Positions 16,026-24,526 of a stretch of 32,000 nucleotides of DNA are shown one piece after another. The notes beneath the pieces were generated by a model. The model saw only the letters and a list, made by a program, of their open reading frames with translations, made no database searches and had not been told where the DNA came from. A program made the translations under genes and the position numbers. The number at the start of each line of letters is the position of its first letter. The stretch's first letter is position 1. The stretch covers positions 330,001 to 362,000 of the forward strand of contig JBAQRV010000001.1 in the NCBI GenBank assembly GCA_049296095.1. The letters run 5' to 3'. The stretch is from Candidatus Saccharimonadota bacterium. GTDB taxonomy: Bacteria > Patescibacteriota > Saccharimonadia > Saccharimonadales > Saccharimonadaceae.

Positions 16026-18647
16026 TTATCTTCGGCCAGATTTACGGTTTTGGCGCTGTCCCTTTTTCTTTTTACGAGCTTGGTTCTTTTTTTGGTTCGC
16101 TTCAGTGTGAGTACTGGCTTTTTTCACCTTAAAGTCATCGTCCCGATTGCTTTCACCGGCTGTGATCTCGTTCACGCCCTTCTCAACCGCCGCTTCAGCC
16201 AATCGAGTAAGTTCAGTTTCGTGGTCCTCACGGGCACGCACTGCTGCATCACGTGGAGTAACGTGCATGACGGCTCGAAGCACTTCGTCACGAAGTGTCG
16301 CCTGGAGACTATCGAATAGCTTTTGTGATTCGGCGCGGTACTCAACCAACGGGTCGCGCTGTCCTACGCTGCGCCAGTGAATACCGTCACGCAGGTGTTG
16401 CATGTTCTCGAGGTGTTGCATCCACAGCGTATCGAGGACCTGCAGGTAGGCTTCACGTTCGACTTTTCGCATCACTTCACTATCGAGTTCTTTCTCTTTG
16501 AGCTTGTAGAGCCCCTCTACCTCTTTGAGTGCCAGTTCAAAACGGGCCTTGTCATTCTTTTCGGCACCAATCGCCTCGATTTGCTTGTCGTCTAGCGGGA
16601 AAATTGCTTCAAATTCTTGACCAAATAGCCGATTATTTTTAGCTGGAAGAACCGTCAACTCACGTACTTTTGCCTCGATCAGACGATCAATTTCAGACCT
16701 GATGTCAGCCCCTTCGAGGATCTTACGACGAATCGTATAGACCACACGACGATGTCGGTTGATGACGTTGTCATACTGGACGACATTTTTACGGTTGTCA
16801 AAGTTATAGCCCTCAACTCGCTTTTGCGCAGCTTCCAACGTCTTGCTGACCATTGGGTGCTGCAGTGGCATATCGTCGTTCAAGCCAATCCGCTCCATCA
16901 AAGTCGCAATACGATCACCCTGGAAGATACGTAGGAGGTCATCCTCAGTCGATACGTAGAACTGAGTCACGCCAGGGTCACCCTGACGACCACCACGACC
17001 ACGAAGCTGATTATCAATACGACGAGACTCGTGTCGCTCTGAACCGATCACAACCAATCCACCCAGCTCGACGACACCTTCACCCAACTTAATGTCAGTT
17101 CCACGTCCAGCAATGTTAGTTGCTAGCGTGATTGCACCCTTTTCACCTGCTTTTTCAATAATCGCAGCTTCACGTTCGTTATTCTTGGCGTTCAAGATTT
17201 CATAAGGAATATGCTCTTTATCGAGCCAGTCAGCAATCAACTCATTCTTGGCAATCGAGGCTGAACCGACCAGTACTGGACGACCCTGCACATGATAGGC
17301 TTGAATGGCATCGGCAATCGCCTTTAGTTTTGCCTTTTCGGTTCGGAAAATCAGATCTTCTTTGTCCTCACGGATGGTTGGGCGGTTTGGCGGTACCTGA
17401 ACAACATCCAGCTTATAGATCTGCTGGAACTCTTCTGCTTCAGTAAAGGCAGTACCGGTCATACCAGACAGTTTTGTGTACAAACGGAAATAGTTTTGGA
17501 AAGAAACAGTCGCTAGTGTCATGCTTTCTTGCAAGACGGGTACCGACTCTTTTGCTTCGATCGCTTGGTGGAGGCCTTCATTATAGCGGCGTCCTTGCAT
17601 CAAACGACCAGTGAATTCATCCACGATAATCACTTCGCCGTCTTTGCTCACGACGTAATCTTTATCACGACGATACAGAGTCTGTGCACGAAGTGCCTGA
17701 TCCATGTGGTAGACCGAGCGGACGTATTCAGGGCTGTAGAGATTTTTTACACCCAAGAGGCGTTGTACCTTCTCGACTCCATCATCAGTCAAGGCAACCA
17801 TTTTGCGCTTTTCATCGAGCACATAGTCACCATCGGTCAGTTTTGCGGCGATCTTAGCGAATTGAATATAGCTTTCTGGATTCTCGGCCGCTGGTGCACT
17901 AATGATCAATGGCGTTCGCGCTTCGTCAATCAAAATACTGTCTACCTCGTCGACGATCGCGTAGTGCAGGTCGCGTTGGCGAAGCAAATCGACCTCATTT
18001 ACCATGTTGTCGCGTAGATAGTCGAAACCAAACTCATTGTTTGTTCCATAGGTGATATCGGCTGCATAAGCTTCCTTACGGGTCGAAGGCCGCAAGTGGT
18101 GCATACGTGGATCATCGTGCGCTTCGTTGAGGTAGTTTTTGTCATACACAAACGATGCTTCGCTAATAATGACACCTGTTGAAAGTCCGAGGAAATCGAA
18201 CAGCTCGCCGTTCCAACCGGCATCACGCTGTGCCAAGTAGTCGTTGACGGTCACGATATGGACACCCTTACCTTCCAGCGCGTTCAAATAACTAGGCAGG
18301 GTCGCCATCAATGTCTTTCCCTCACCAGTACGTAGTTCGGCAACGTTGCCTTCGTGCAGCACCATGCCACCAATCAGCTGAACATCAAAGTGGCGCATAC
18401 CCATGATGCGGCTACTCGCCTCACGGACCAACGCAAAGGCATCTGGCAGAATAGTGTCGAGATTCTCACTCTTCTTGGCGAGGCGTTTCTTTAGAACTTC
18501 AGTCTGTTTTCGAAGCTCGGCCTTGGTCATCTTTTTGTACTTTTCCTCGAGGTCGTTAATAACGACGACCTTCTTTTGAAGGCGCTTCAGCGTCTTGACC
18601 TGCGGATCACCAAAAATCTTAGTGAGTGCGCCTTGCCTACTTATCAT
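16026..18647 (-). CDS. secA: Preprotein translocase ATPase SecA
   Basis: 873 aa with canonical SecA DEAD motor motifs (MRHFDVQLIGG, TGEGKT, DEVDSILIDEARTPLIIS, TNIAGRGTDI). The C-terminus is a poly-basic tail without the Cys/His zinc motif. Confidence 0.97.
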   Translation of the reverse strand: MISRQGALTKIFGDPQVKTLKRLQKKVVVINDLEEKYKKMTKAELRKQTEVLKKRLAKKSENLDTILPDAFALVREASSRIMGMRHFDVQLIGGMVLHEGNVAELRTGEGKTLMATLPSYLNALEGKGVHIVTVNDYLAQRDAGWNGELFDFLGLSTGVIISEASFVYDKNYLNEAHDDPRMHHLRPSTRKEAYAADITYGTNNEFGFDYLRDNMVNEVDLLRQRDLHYAIVDEVDSILIDEARTPLIISAPAAENPESYIQFAKIAAKLTDGDYVLDEKRKMVALTDDGVEKVQRLLGVKNLYSPEYVRSVYHMDQALRAQTLYRRDKDYVVSKDGEVIIVDEFTGRLMQGRRYNEGLHQAIEAKESVPVLQESMTLATVSFQNYFRLYTKLSGMTGTAFTEAEEFQQIYKLDVVQVPPNRPTIREDKEDLIFRTEKAKLKAIADAIQAYHVQGRPVLVGSASIAKNELIADWLDKEHIPYEILNAKNNEREAAIIEKAGEKGAITLATNIAGRGTDIKLGEGVVELGGLVVIGSERHESRRIDNQLRGRGGRQGDPGVTQFYVSTEDDLLRIFQGDRIATLMERIGLNDDMPLQHPMVSKTLEAAQKRVEGYNFDNRKNVVQYDNVINRHRRVVYTIRRKILEGADIRSEIDRLIEAKVRELTVLPAKNNRLFGQEFEAIFPLDDKQIEAIGAEKNDKARFELALKEVEGLYKLKEKELDSEVMRKVEREAYLQVLDTLWMQHLENMQHLRDGIHWRSVGQRDPLVEYRAESQKLFDSLQATLRDEVLRAVMHVTPRDAAVRAREDHETELTRLAEAAVEKGVNEITAGESNRDDDFKVKKASTHTEANQKKNQARKKKKGQRQNRKSGRR

Positions 18648-18694
18648 GTAACCCCGCCTTTCGGAAAATAGTTCAGTACTTTACTTTAGCTATT

Positions 18695-18723
18695 ATTATA
18701 CTGTTTAGAGGGGTTTGAAACAA
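18695..18723 (-). promoter_or_regulatory. Candidate secA promoter (TTGTTT-17 nt-TATAAT)
   Basis: rc of 18718-18723 reads TTGTTT and rc of 18695-18700 reads TATAAT. The leader is about 40 nt with a weak GGCGGGG SD. Confidence 0.35.
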
Positions 18724-18724
18724 G

Positions 18725-19078
18725 CTATTTTCGGCGGCCATACAGTAATCGGCGGTTACCGACATGTGCCATTGTCGCCTGTTTGTATTTACGCAATTGA
18801 GCAAGCAATTTTGCCTCGACGATATCAATCGCTGCTAACATGTTTACGGTCGAATCTTTTGCGGTTAATGTTTTATCTGGCACATTTAAGATCACTTCGG
18901 CTTCATATTTGTTGCCGTGGTCGCGATTGACGAGCTTCAATTTCACATCGGCAGTCACGCTTTTACGTGCGTGGCGCGGCAGATAGCGATCGAGTCTGGC
19001 TATCTTGCGAGTGACATACTTTAAGGTTGTTTGGTCAGCGGTATATCTTACCCCTGTGATGTCGACTGATGCTATCAT
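18725..19078 (-). CDS. hpf: Ribosome hibernation promoting factor / RaiA family (short form)
   Basis: 117 aa with the sigma54-modulation/S30EA fold pattern (ITGVRYTADQTTLKYVTRKIARL...YEAEVILNVP...MLAAIDIVEAKL). GGAGGG SD 5 nt upstream. Located upstream of secA, as in Firmicutes. Confidence 0.85.
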   Translation of the reverse strand: MIASVDITGVRYTADQTTLKYVTRKIARLDRYLPRHARKSVTADVKLKLVNRDHGNKYEAEVILNVPDKTLTAKDSTVNMLAAIDIVEAKLLAQLRKYKQATMAHVGNRRLLYGRRK

Positions 19079-19116
19079 AAGGACCCTCCGTTTCTTAAGC
19101 GGCTACTTGTATATCT

Positions 19117-19125
19117 ATTATAGCA
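19117..19125 (-). promoter_or_regulatory. Extended -10 box TGCTATAAT for hpf (about 30-nt leader with SD)
   Basis: rc of 19117-19125 reads TGCTATAAT, immediately downstream of the preceding gene's TGA stop. Confidence 0.45.
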
Positions 19126-19128
19126 TTA

Positions 19129-19491
19129 TCAAGATGGACGCTGCAGCCTGATACCTGCCTTTTTTGCCATCGCCACCACCTCACGGTCGATAACCTGAAT
19201 TTTTGTTTCTAGTGGTAACTTAGCAAATTTCTTATCTGTCAAAGTCACGTTTTGTTGCTTTGTCTGTATAAAGTAAAGTTCTTTTACATCCGCCTCAAGT
19301 GCTTCGAGACGTCCATCTATGTCGTCTAGTTGCATGTTAACTTCGCGCATCCCCAGCTTTAAATTGTAAATATCCTCCTTCATAACAAGAATATCTCTAT
19401 CAATGGCATCGAACCGCGGTACTACCAATTGTTCGATCGCTCGAACAATTGTGCTCTGAATATAGGTTTGATCAGCTGTCGTCAAGGTCAT
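19129..19491 (-). CDS. Hypothetical coiled-coil protein (120 aa)
   Basis: Intact ORF with an ATG start and a central heptad-like segment (KEDIYNLKLGMREVNMQLDDIDGRLEALEADVKEL). No recognised family. Confidence 0.65.
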   Translation of the reverse strand: MTLTTADQTYIQSTIVRAIEQLVVPRFDAIDRDILVMKEDIYNLKLGMREVNMQLDDIDGRLEALEADVKELYFIQTKQQNVTLTDKKFAKLPLETKIQVIDREVVAMAKKAGIRLQRPS

Positions 19492-19497
19492 GTAGTC

Positions 19498-19503
19498 ATT
19501 ATA
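19498..19503 (-). promoter_or_regulatory. -10 box TATAAT, 6 nt upstream of the ATG at 19491 (leaderless-type)
   Basis: rc of 19498-19506 reads GGCTATAAT. The spacer is gactac, followed by the ATG. Confidence 0.4.
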
Positions 19504-19543
19504 GCCAAGACTTCTTACCTAATTCTTAACTACGTCAATAAAA

Positions 19544-20788
19544 CTACAAAGTCGTGCGATTACCCAAGTATGGGCGTAGTACCTCAGGCACCCGCAAGGT
19601 TCCATCCTCATTTTGGTAGTGCTCAATAATCGCAACCAATGAACGGGCCAATGACACAGCCGTTCCATTCAAAGTATGCACTGTCTCTACTTCACCGCTA
19701 TCGCGTCGCACCCGAATATTCAAGTTTCGCGCCTGGAAATCAGTACAATTTGAGGCACTCGTCAGCTCACGGTACATACTATCAACTGGCGACCAATATT
19801 CGAGGTCGTACTTCTTACTGGCAGGCGCGCCGAGATCACCTGAGGCAATGTTAATAACGTGATAAGGAATACCCAGTGACTGCCAGATTTCTTCTTCAAT
19901 CGCCAAGATCTGCTCATGCATGTCATTGCTCTGCTCTGGCAGTGAAAAAATATACATTTCAAGCTTGTTAAACTGGTGGACACGGAAAAGTCCGCGGTTG
20001 TGCTTGCCGTATGTCCCCGCTTCCTTACGATACGATGGACTATAGCCGACATATTTCAAAGGAAGGTCAGATTCATTCAAGATTTCATCGGCGTGATACC
20101 CGGTCAGAGGCGCCTCAGCCGTCCCAATCATCGTCAGGTCATCACCTTCGATGAAATACTCATTACTCTCAATGTCACCACGTGGCGAGAAGCCAGCCCC
20201 TTGTGCAATCCGACTATTCACCATATGAGGGACTGTCAAAAATGTGAAATTCTTTTTCATCACAAAGTCGAGGGCATATTGCGTAATGGCATTTTCAAGT
20301 AGCGCTAAATCACCTTTGAGGAAATAGAACTTCGCCCCAGCAACCTTCGCGCCGCGTTCAAAATCAACCCAGTCGCGACTGGTCGCAAAATCGAGGTGAT
20401 CCATCGCACCACTGGTCTGTTCACCCCATTGTTTGATTTCAACACTATCCTCTTCACCACCAACTGGCACACCATCTTGCATCATATTCGGCAAACTATT
20501 CAAGAGTTGACCATATACCACGTCGGCTTCGTTGTAAGCCGTTTCAATATCGCCCAGCTTCTCTTTAATCGTCTTTACCTCAGCAATAACTTCATCAGAT
20601 GGACGCCCGCCTTGCAGCTGACTCGACAGAGCATTACGTTTTTCGCGTAGCTCATCAGCTTGTTGTCCAAGCGTGCGGCGGGTTTCATCAACCTCGAGAA
20701 GTTTGGCGACATCAACCTCATAACCCTTGTCCTTGGCATTTTGCTGTACTTTGTCGGCATTCTCCCGAATATAACGGATATCTAACAT
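19544..20788 (-). CDS. serS: Seryl-tRNA synthetase
   Basis: 414 aa with an N-terminal coiled-coil arm and a class II catalytic core (FRVHQFNKLE, GTAVSLARSLVAIIE). Confidence 0.95.
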   Translation of the reverse strand: MLDIRYIRENADKVQQNAKDKGYEVDVAKLLEVDETRRTLGQQADELREKRNALSSQLQGGRPSDEVIAEVKTIKEKLGDIETAYNEADVVYGQLLNSLPNMMQDGVPVGGEEDSVEIKQWGEQTSGAMDHLDFATSRDWVDFERGAKVAGAKFYFLKGDLALLENAITQYALDFVMKKNFTFLTVPHMVNSRIAQGAGFSPRGDIESNEYFIEGDDLTMIGTAEAPLTGYHADEILNESDLPLKYVGYSPSYRKEAGTYGKHNRGLFRVHQFNKLEMYIFSLPEQSNDMHEQILAIEEEIWQSLGIPYHVINIASGDLGAPASKKYDLEYWSPVDSMYRELTSASNCTDFQARNLNIRVRRDSGEVETVHTLNGTAVSLARSLVAIIEHYQNEDGTLRVPEVLRPYLGNRTTL

Positions 20789-20794
20789 GCAATT

Positions 20795-20803
20795 ATTGTA
20801 CCA
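20795..20803 (-). promoter_or_regulatory. Extended -10 box TGGTACAAT, 6 nt upstream of the serS ATG (leaderless-type)
   Basis: The whole 15-nt intergenic gap plus the upstream stop reads TAATGGTACAATAATTGC-ATG on the minus strand. Confidence 0.4.
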
Positions 20804-22162
20804 TTACTCTGTTCGTAGTGCTTCAATTGGATCAAGCTTAGCTGCTTTTCTGGCTGGGAAATAGCCGGCTAACATCGCAATTAGCATCAAAACTATGATC
20901 AATATAATAATCGGGATTGGCTGGAAGATGAGTAAGTAGTTACCCTCGCCGAGCGTCAGTAGATCGGTAATAACGGGATTCAATGCCAACCCAGCGATAA
21001 CCGCAATAATTGCCCCAATCACCCCGCCAAGGAAGCCAATCCAAGCCGCTTCAAACTGGAACAACCGACTGACATGACGACCACGCATACCGAGAGCCTT
21101 CATTAATCCAATCTCACGAGTTCGCTCCAATACAGAGATGTACTGCGTGTTAATAATGCCAAACACACTAGTAATCAACGCCAAGATTCCAAAACCAATC
21201 ACCACGCCCTGTAAAGTATTGACGATCGTAAACAACAAGCCTTGAAGGTCTTTGGCTGTTTGCACACCGTACCCTTCGGCCACTAAAGACTCTTTCACCT
21301 TGGCTGGATCAATGCCTTCTTTCACACTGGCAGTAGCTATGGTGTACTTTTGGTAGCGTGGCGTGCCGGCTGTACTGAACTCAGACAACTCTTTAGCAGT
21401 CGCATCGCTGACCTGCACGTTGGTTGCTGCGGTTAAAGCGGTTGCCGATTTGCCAACAACAGCAACGACTTTCAACTCAGTATTCATTAACTGCGGAGCG
21501 CTTAGTTGCGCAATCGCCTCAGGCCCAGCTGCAAGAGCTGCTTGAATCTGCTCTTGCGTCACATTTGGTGACCGTTCAAGGTGTAGGCTCACCGTTTTAC
21601 CGATCGCATCCTGAGCTGAGGCAAACCCTAGCAAATCAACGTAGGTCTCGGGAATTGCAATCTCATCATCTTGAATAGTTGAACGAAGCGGAGGCAAAGC
21701 GCCAGCCGTCACCGTCTGCGTCACCCCAGCATCATACTGCGCAACCTCAACCGTGTACTTTTTAGCGTCTGAACGTGTTATGTACTGAGCGTTGATGACA
21801 TAGGCAGGATAAATAGTCTGAATGTCGTCACGCGCCGCAATCTTAGCGATATCATCTTGAGTGAGGAGTGCTATAGTCGGACCACCCGAACCCTGACTGA
21901 CCAATGTAACATCTGGGTTATACTCTTGAGGACCAGTCTGCCCACCTTCGAATAGGCTTTTATCCTTAGCAATGGCCAGAACCTGCGGGTCAATATTTGA
22001 AGTCAACAGCGTATCAGCATATTGCCGTGCACCTTCTCCTGCTGCAATCGCAATCGTCAACGTGAAGGCACCCACAGCAATCGCCAAACTCGTTAGAATC
22101 GTGCGCGCCTTGGCATTCTTCAAGCTTCGCCCAGCACGGCGAATAATATCGGTTGTTTTCAT
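20804..22162 (-). CDS. ABC transporter permease, MacB/FtsX-like (4 TM with large extracytoplasmic domain)
   Basis: 452 aa: TM1, an extracytoplasmic domain of about 260 aa, then three C-terminal TM helices with the FtsX-type motif (LERTREIGLMKALG). TAATG overlap with the ATPase gene. Confidence 0.85.
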   Translation of the reverse strand: MKTTDIIRRAGRSLKNAKARTILTSLAIAVGAFTLTIAIAAGEGARQYADTLLTSNIDPQVLAIAKDKSLFEGGQTGPQEYNPDVTLVSQGSGGPTIALLTQDDIAKIAARDDIQTIYPAYVINAQYITRSDAKKYTVEVAQYDAGVTQTVTAGALPPLRSTIQDDEIAIPETYVDLLGFASAQDAIGKTVSLHLERSPNVTQEQIQAALAAGPEAIAQLSAPQLMNTELKVVAVVGKSATALTAATNVQVSDATAKELSEFSTAGTPRYQKYTIATASVKEGIDPAKVKESLVAEGYGVQTAKDLQGLLFTIVNTLQGVVIGFGILALITSVFGIINTQYISVLERTREIGLMKALGMRGRHVSRLFQFEAAWIGFLGGVIGAIIAVIAGLALNPVITDLLTLGEGNYLLIFQPIPIIILIIVLMLIAMLAGYFPARKAAKLDPIEALRTE

Positions 22163-22845
22163 TATTTCTTACCCCCGGTAATACGTTCAATCCGTCCGTC
22201 TTTGATATAAATCCTCATGTCACATTTGGCTGCGAGCTCCTCATCATGTGTCACAATCACCAACGTACTGCCACCCTTCTTATTCAAGCCAAACAGCAAC
22301 CTCTCGATTGATGCCCCAGTCTGCGTATCCAAGTTACCCGTCGGCTCATCGGCAAAGATAATCCGCGGGTTATTCACAATTGCCCGAGCAATCGCCAATC
22401 GCTGCTTCTGTCCACCGGACAGATTGCGGGCCTTTTGTTTCTCTTTGTCATTCAAGCCAACCACCCGCAACGCCTCACGAACACGCTTGCGCCGCGTTCC
22501 CGCAGACAAGCTGGCAATTTCTAGTGGCAGCGCGACGTTTTCAAACGATGTCTCATTCGCCTGCACGAAAAACGCCTGGAAAATAAACCCTATCTTTTCA
22601 GAACGAAATTTATCAACTGCTTTTGACTTTAATTTAAGAATATCGACACCATCAATCACTACTTGACCAACTTCCGGTCGATCAAGCCCACTCATGGCAT
22701 GCATTAAGGTAGATTTTCCTGAACCAGATTTTCCGACGATCGCCACACTGGCGCCGTCAGGAATCGTAAAACTCACGCGGTCAAGCGCCCGAAATGCGCT
22801 GGCCTTTTTCCCATAGGTCTTGGTAATATTTTTAATCTCAATCAT
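22162..22845 (-). CDS. ABC transporter ATP-binding protein (MacB/LolD-like)
   Basis: 227 aa with Walker A (GKSGSGKST), signature (LSGGQKQR) and Walker B (IIFADEPT). Confidence 0.92.
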   Translation of the reverse strand: MIEIKNITKTYGKKASAFRALDRVSFTIPDGASVAIVGKSGSGKSTLMHAMSGLDRPEVGQVVIDGVDILKLKSKAVDKFRSEKIGFIFQAFFVQANETSFENVALPLEIASLSAGTRRKRVREALRVVGLNDKEKQKARNLSGGQKQRLAIARAIVNNPRIIFADEPTGNLDTQTGASIERLLFGLNKKGGSTLVIVTHDEELAAKCDMRIYIKDGRIERITGGKK

Positions 22846-22853
22846 CAGTCCCT

Positions 22854-22862
22854 ACTATAGCA
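22854..22862 (-). promoter_or_regulatory. Extended -10 box TGCTATAGT, 8 nt upstream of the ABC ATPase ATG (leaderless-type)
   Basis: rc of 22854-22862 reads TGCTATAGT. The spacer is agggactg, followed by the ATG at 22845. Confidence 0.45.
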
Positions 22863-22895
22863 AAAAAGACACCGCTTATGTTAGCGGTGTCTTTT
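22863..22895 (-). terminator. Intrinsic terminator after the FMN reductase gene
   Basis: 13-bp perfect stem AAAAGACACCGCT / AGCGGTGTCTTTT with a 6-nt loop. A U-run follows on the minus strand. Confidence 0.75.
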
Positions 22896-22915
22896 AAATA
22901 TCACTATGATTTTAC

Positions 22916-23449
22916 TTAGGCCAGTTTCGCAATGTGAGCCGTGAAGGCTGCGATAAACTTTTGGTATAGCTCGGTCGCCTCAGGCGTGAGCTTCCCCTCT
23001 TCATCATGGACGCGCAAAACATCAATATACATCTCAGGCTGACCTAATAGATGTGTATTTAAGTACAAAGCAACATTTCGTAGTTGCTGTTGCGCCTGGG
23101 TCGTTGCCAATGAATTAGAAGCACCAATAATCGCCGCTGGCTTGCCATCAAACGAGTTTGTTCCCCATGGTCGTGACGCCCAATCAATTGCATTCTTTAA
23201 AGCAGCTGGAAAACTTCGATTATGCTCGGGAGTGACGAACAATACACCATCCGCGCTCTCGACCAATTCCTTTAAAGCCTTGGCTTCGGCTGGGTAGTCA
23301 GCCTCAAGATCCTGATTATACAACGGTAGATTCAAGTCGGCATACGCAAAGGTTGTCCCTTCTGGAAGAAGTGCCTCCACCTCTTTAGCTAAACGTTGAT
23401 TGATTGAGTCGGCGCGCAAGCTACCGACCAGTACGGCAATTTTTGTCAT
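22916..23449 (-). CDS. NAD(P)H-dependent FMN reductase family oxidoreductase
   Basis: 177 aa with a flavodoxin-like N-terminus (KIAVLVGSLRADSINQRLA) and FVTPEHNRSFPAALKNAIDW, typical of the FMN_red family. GAGAGGA SD upstream. Confidence 0.85.
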   Translation of the reverse strand: MTKIAVLVGSLRADSINQRLAKEVEALLPEGTTFAYADLNLPLYNQDLEADYPAEAKALKELVESADGVLFVTPEHNRSFPAALKNAIDWASRPWGTNSFDGKPAAIIGASNSLATTQAQQQLRNVALYLNTHLLGQPEMYIDVLRVHDEEGKLTPEATELYQKFIAAFTAHIAKLA

Positions 23450-23481
23450 ACGGTCCTCTCTGTGAATTATTTACTATATTT

Positions 23482-23490
23482 AGTATAGCA
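23482..23490 (-). promoter_or_regulatory. Extended -10 box TGCTATACT for the FMN reductase gene
   Basis: rc of 23482-23490 reads TGCTATACT. The leader is about 25 nt and contains the SD. Confidence 0.4.
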
Positions 23491-23531
23491 ATGTCCATCC
23501 ACAAGTACAACCATGATTCTAGCTCACACTA

Positions 23532-23560
23532 TTGACTTTTCATCAATAATAGTGTAGATT
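23532..23560 (+). promoter_or_regulatory. Sigma70-like promoter (TTGACT-17 nt-TAGATT) for the 298-aa gene
   Basis: TTGACT at 23532-23537, a 17-nt spacer, and TAGATT at 23555-23560. The leader is A-rich with no SD. Confidence 0.45.
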
Positions 23561-23588
23561 AGAATAAGAAATAAGCAAAAAACAAACC

Positions 23589-24485
23589 ATGGAAAATTTA
23601 CAAACCCACACTAACCCTGAATCCACTCCTGCCTCTCGCTCGACCGAACGTTCAGGCCGTAATCGTCGTGCGAAAGACGAGCGGCAGCGTGATATCCAAG
23701 ACTACCAAGAACGAGAAGACCTGATCGCACGACTTGAAAGAAATCTTAATGGTGAGGCTAACTCCGATACCGACCTCACTCCTCAATCATCACTGATCGA
23801 GTCAACACCCCCTATCATCGACAAACGAAAGTTCAGTCGCGAAGACTTAGGTATTCACATTTCGATGAAAGGCCTCACAGAAATCGCTCCTTCCAATGAT
23901 GACGCAATAGACACTCCAGGCACTCTGACTGAAGCATCGCCTCTCGAATCAACCGAAACCGATTCGAGCGATATAACAGATCCAGAAACTATCACCACCG
24001 ATCCTGAAGTTGCCGAGACTGAGGTATCTCCAGAAAAAAAGAAAGTTTGGTTCAAACGACTTGGCTACGCTGCTTCGATGCATTACAAGATTATTCGTGG
24101 TGTCGGCATTAAAGATTATGCCAAAGACCTTATGGAACGTACCGAAGATGCCTTGATCGACAAAAAAGATGAAGTTAAAGCAGCTATCTATCAAAAAACT
24201 GAAGCAAAGCTTTGGAAGTTAGCAGACGAAGTAGCCTCTGCCGTCAAGACAGTAAGCGGCGAATATACTTCTATTGCTACTACTCTTTCTACAGAATACA
24301 AGCAATTTAAAGAAGGATTTAGTGCCGATCTAGAAAACGCCATGGGAATGTGGATGGCTCGTCGTGAACGCGCCCGTGCAGAAAAAGCAGCCCGCGCCAA
24401 ATATGTTAATGACAAAATCGTTGCCTTCGCCCTTCGCCGCGAACGTAAGCACATATTATCCAGCGCCAATGGTGCAAGCCTGTAG
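23589..24485 (+). CDS. Hypothetical protein (298 aa: disordered acidic/Thr-Ser-rich N-half, helical Lys/Glu-rich C-half)
   Basis: Intact ORF with an ATG start and a promoter upstream. No domain recognised. Confidence 0.7.
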   Translation: MENLQTHTNPESTPASRSTERSGRNRRAKDERQRDIQDYQEREDLIARLERNLNGEANSDTDLTPQSSLIESTPPIIDKRKFSREDLGIHISMKGLTEIAPSNDDAIDTPGTLTEASPLESTETDSSDITDPETITTDPEVAETEVSPEKKKVWFKRLGYAASMHYKIIRGVGIKDYAKDLMERTEDALIDKKDEVKAAIYQKTEAKLWKLADEVASAVKTVSGEYTSIATTLSTEYKQFKEGFSADLENAMGMWMARRERARAEKAARAKYVNDKIVAFALRRERKHILSSANGASL

Positions 24486-24493
24486 AGCTCTCT

Positions 24494-24517
24494 CATAGCA
24501 CCTGAAAAGGTGCTATG
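24494..24517 (+). promoter_or_regulatory. Perfect 9-bp hairpin directly after the 298-aa gene stop, overlapping the next gene's promoter-like box
   Basis: CATAGCACC-tgaaaa-GGTGCTATG. The 3' arm contains TGCTATG of the TGCTATGAT box (24511-24519). There is no clean U-tract. Confidence 0.45.
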
Positions 24518-24519
24518 AT
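24511..24519 (+). promoter_or_regulatory. Extended -10 box TGCTATGAT, 7 nt upstream of the ATG at 24527 (leaderless-type)
   Basis: TGCTATGAT, then tatatac, then ATG. This is the same architecture as the minus-strand boxes. Confidence 0.4.
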
Positions 24520-24526
24520 TATATAC

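Noticed and set aside
19068-19078. Plus-strand TGCTATCAT sequence overlapping the hpf start codon as a promoter
   Set aside because: It would fire into a 50-bp intergenic region and then antisense to the next gene, with no ORF to serve. It is most likely a chance match created by the hpf N-terminal codons.
24515-24526. ORF-track start (ATG 24515) for the small acidic protein
   Set aside because: This ATG is buried in the 3' arm of the 9-bp hairpin and inside the TGCTATGAT box. The ATG at 24527 has the same box-to-ATG spacing seen at 12 other genes.
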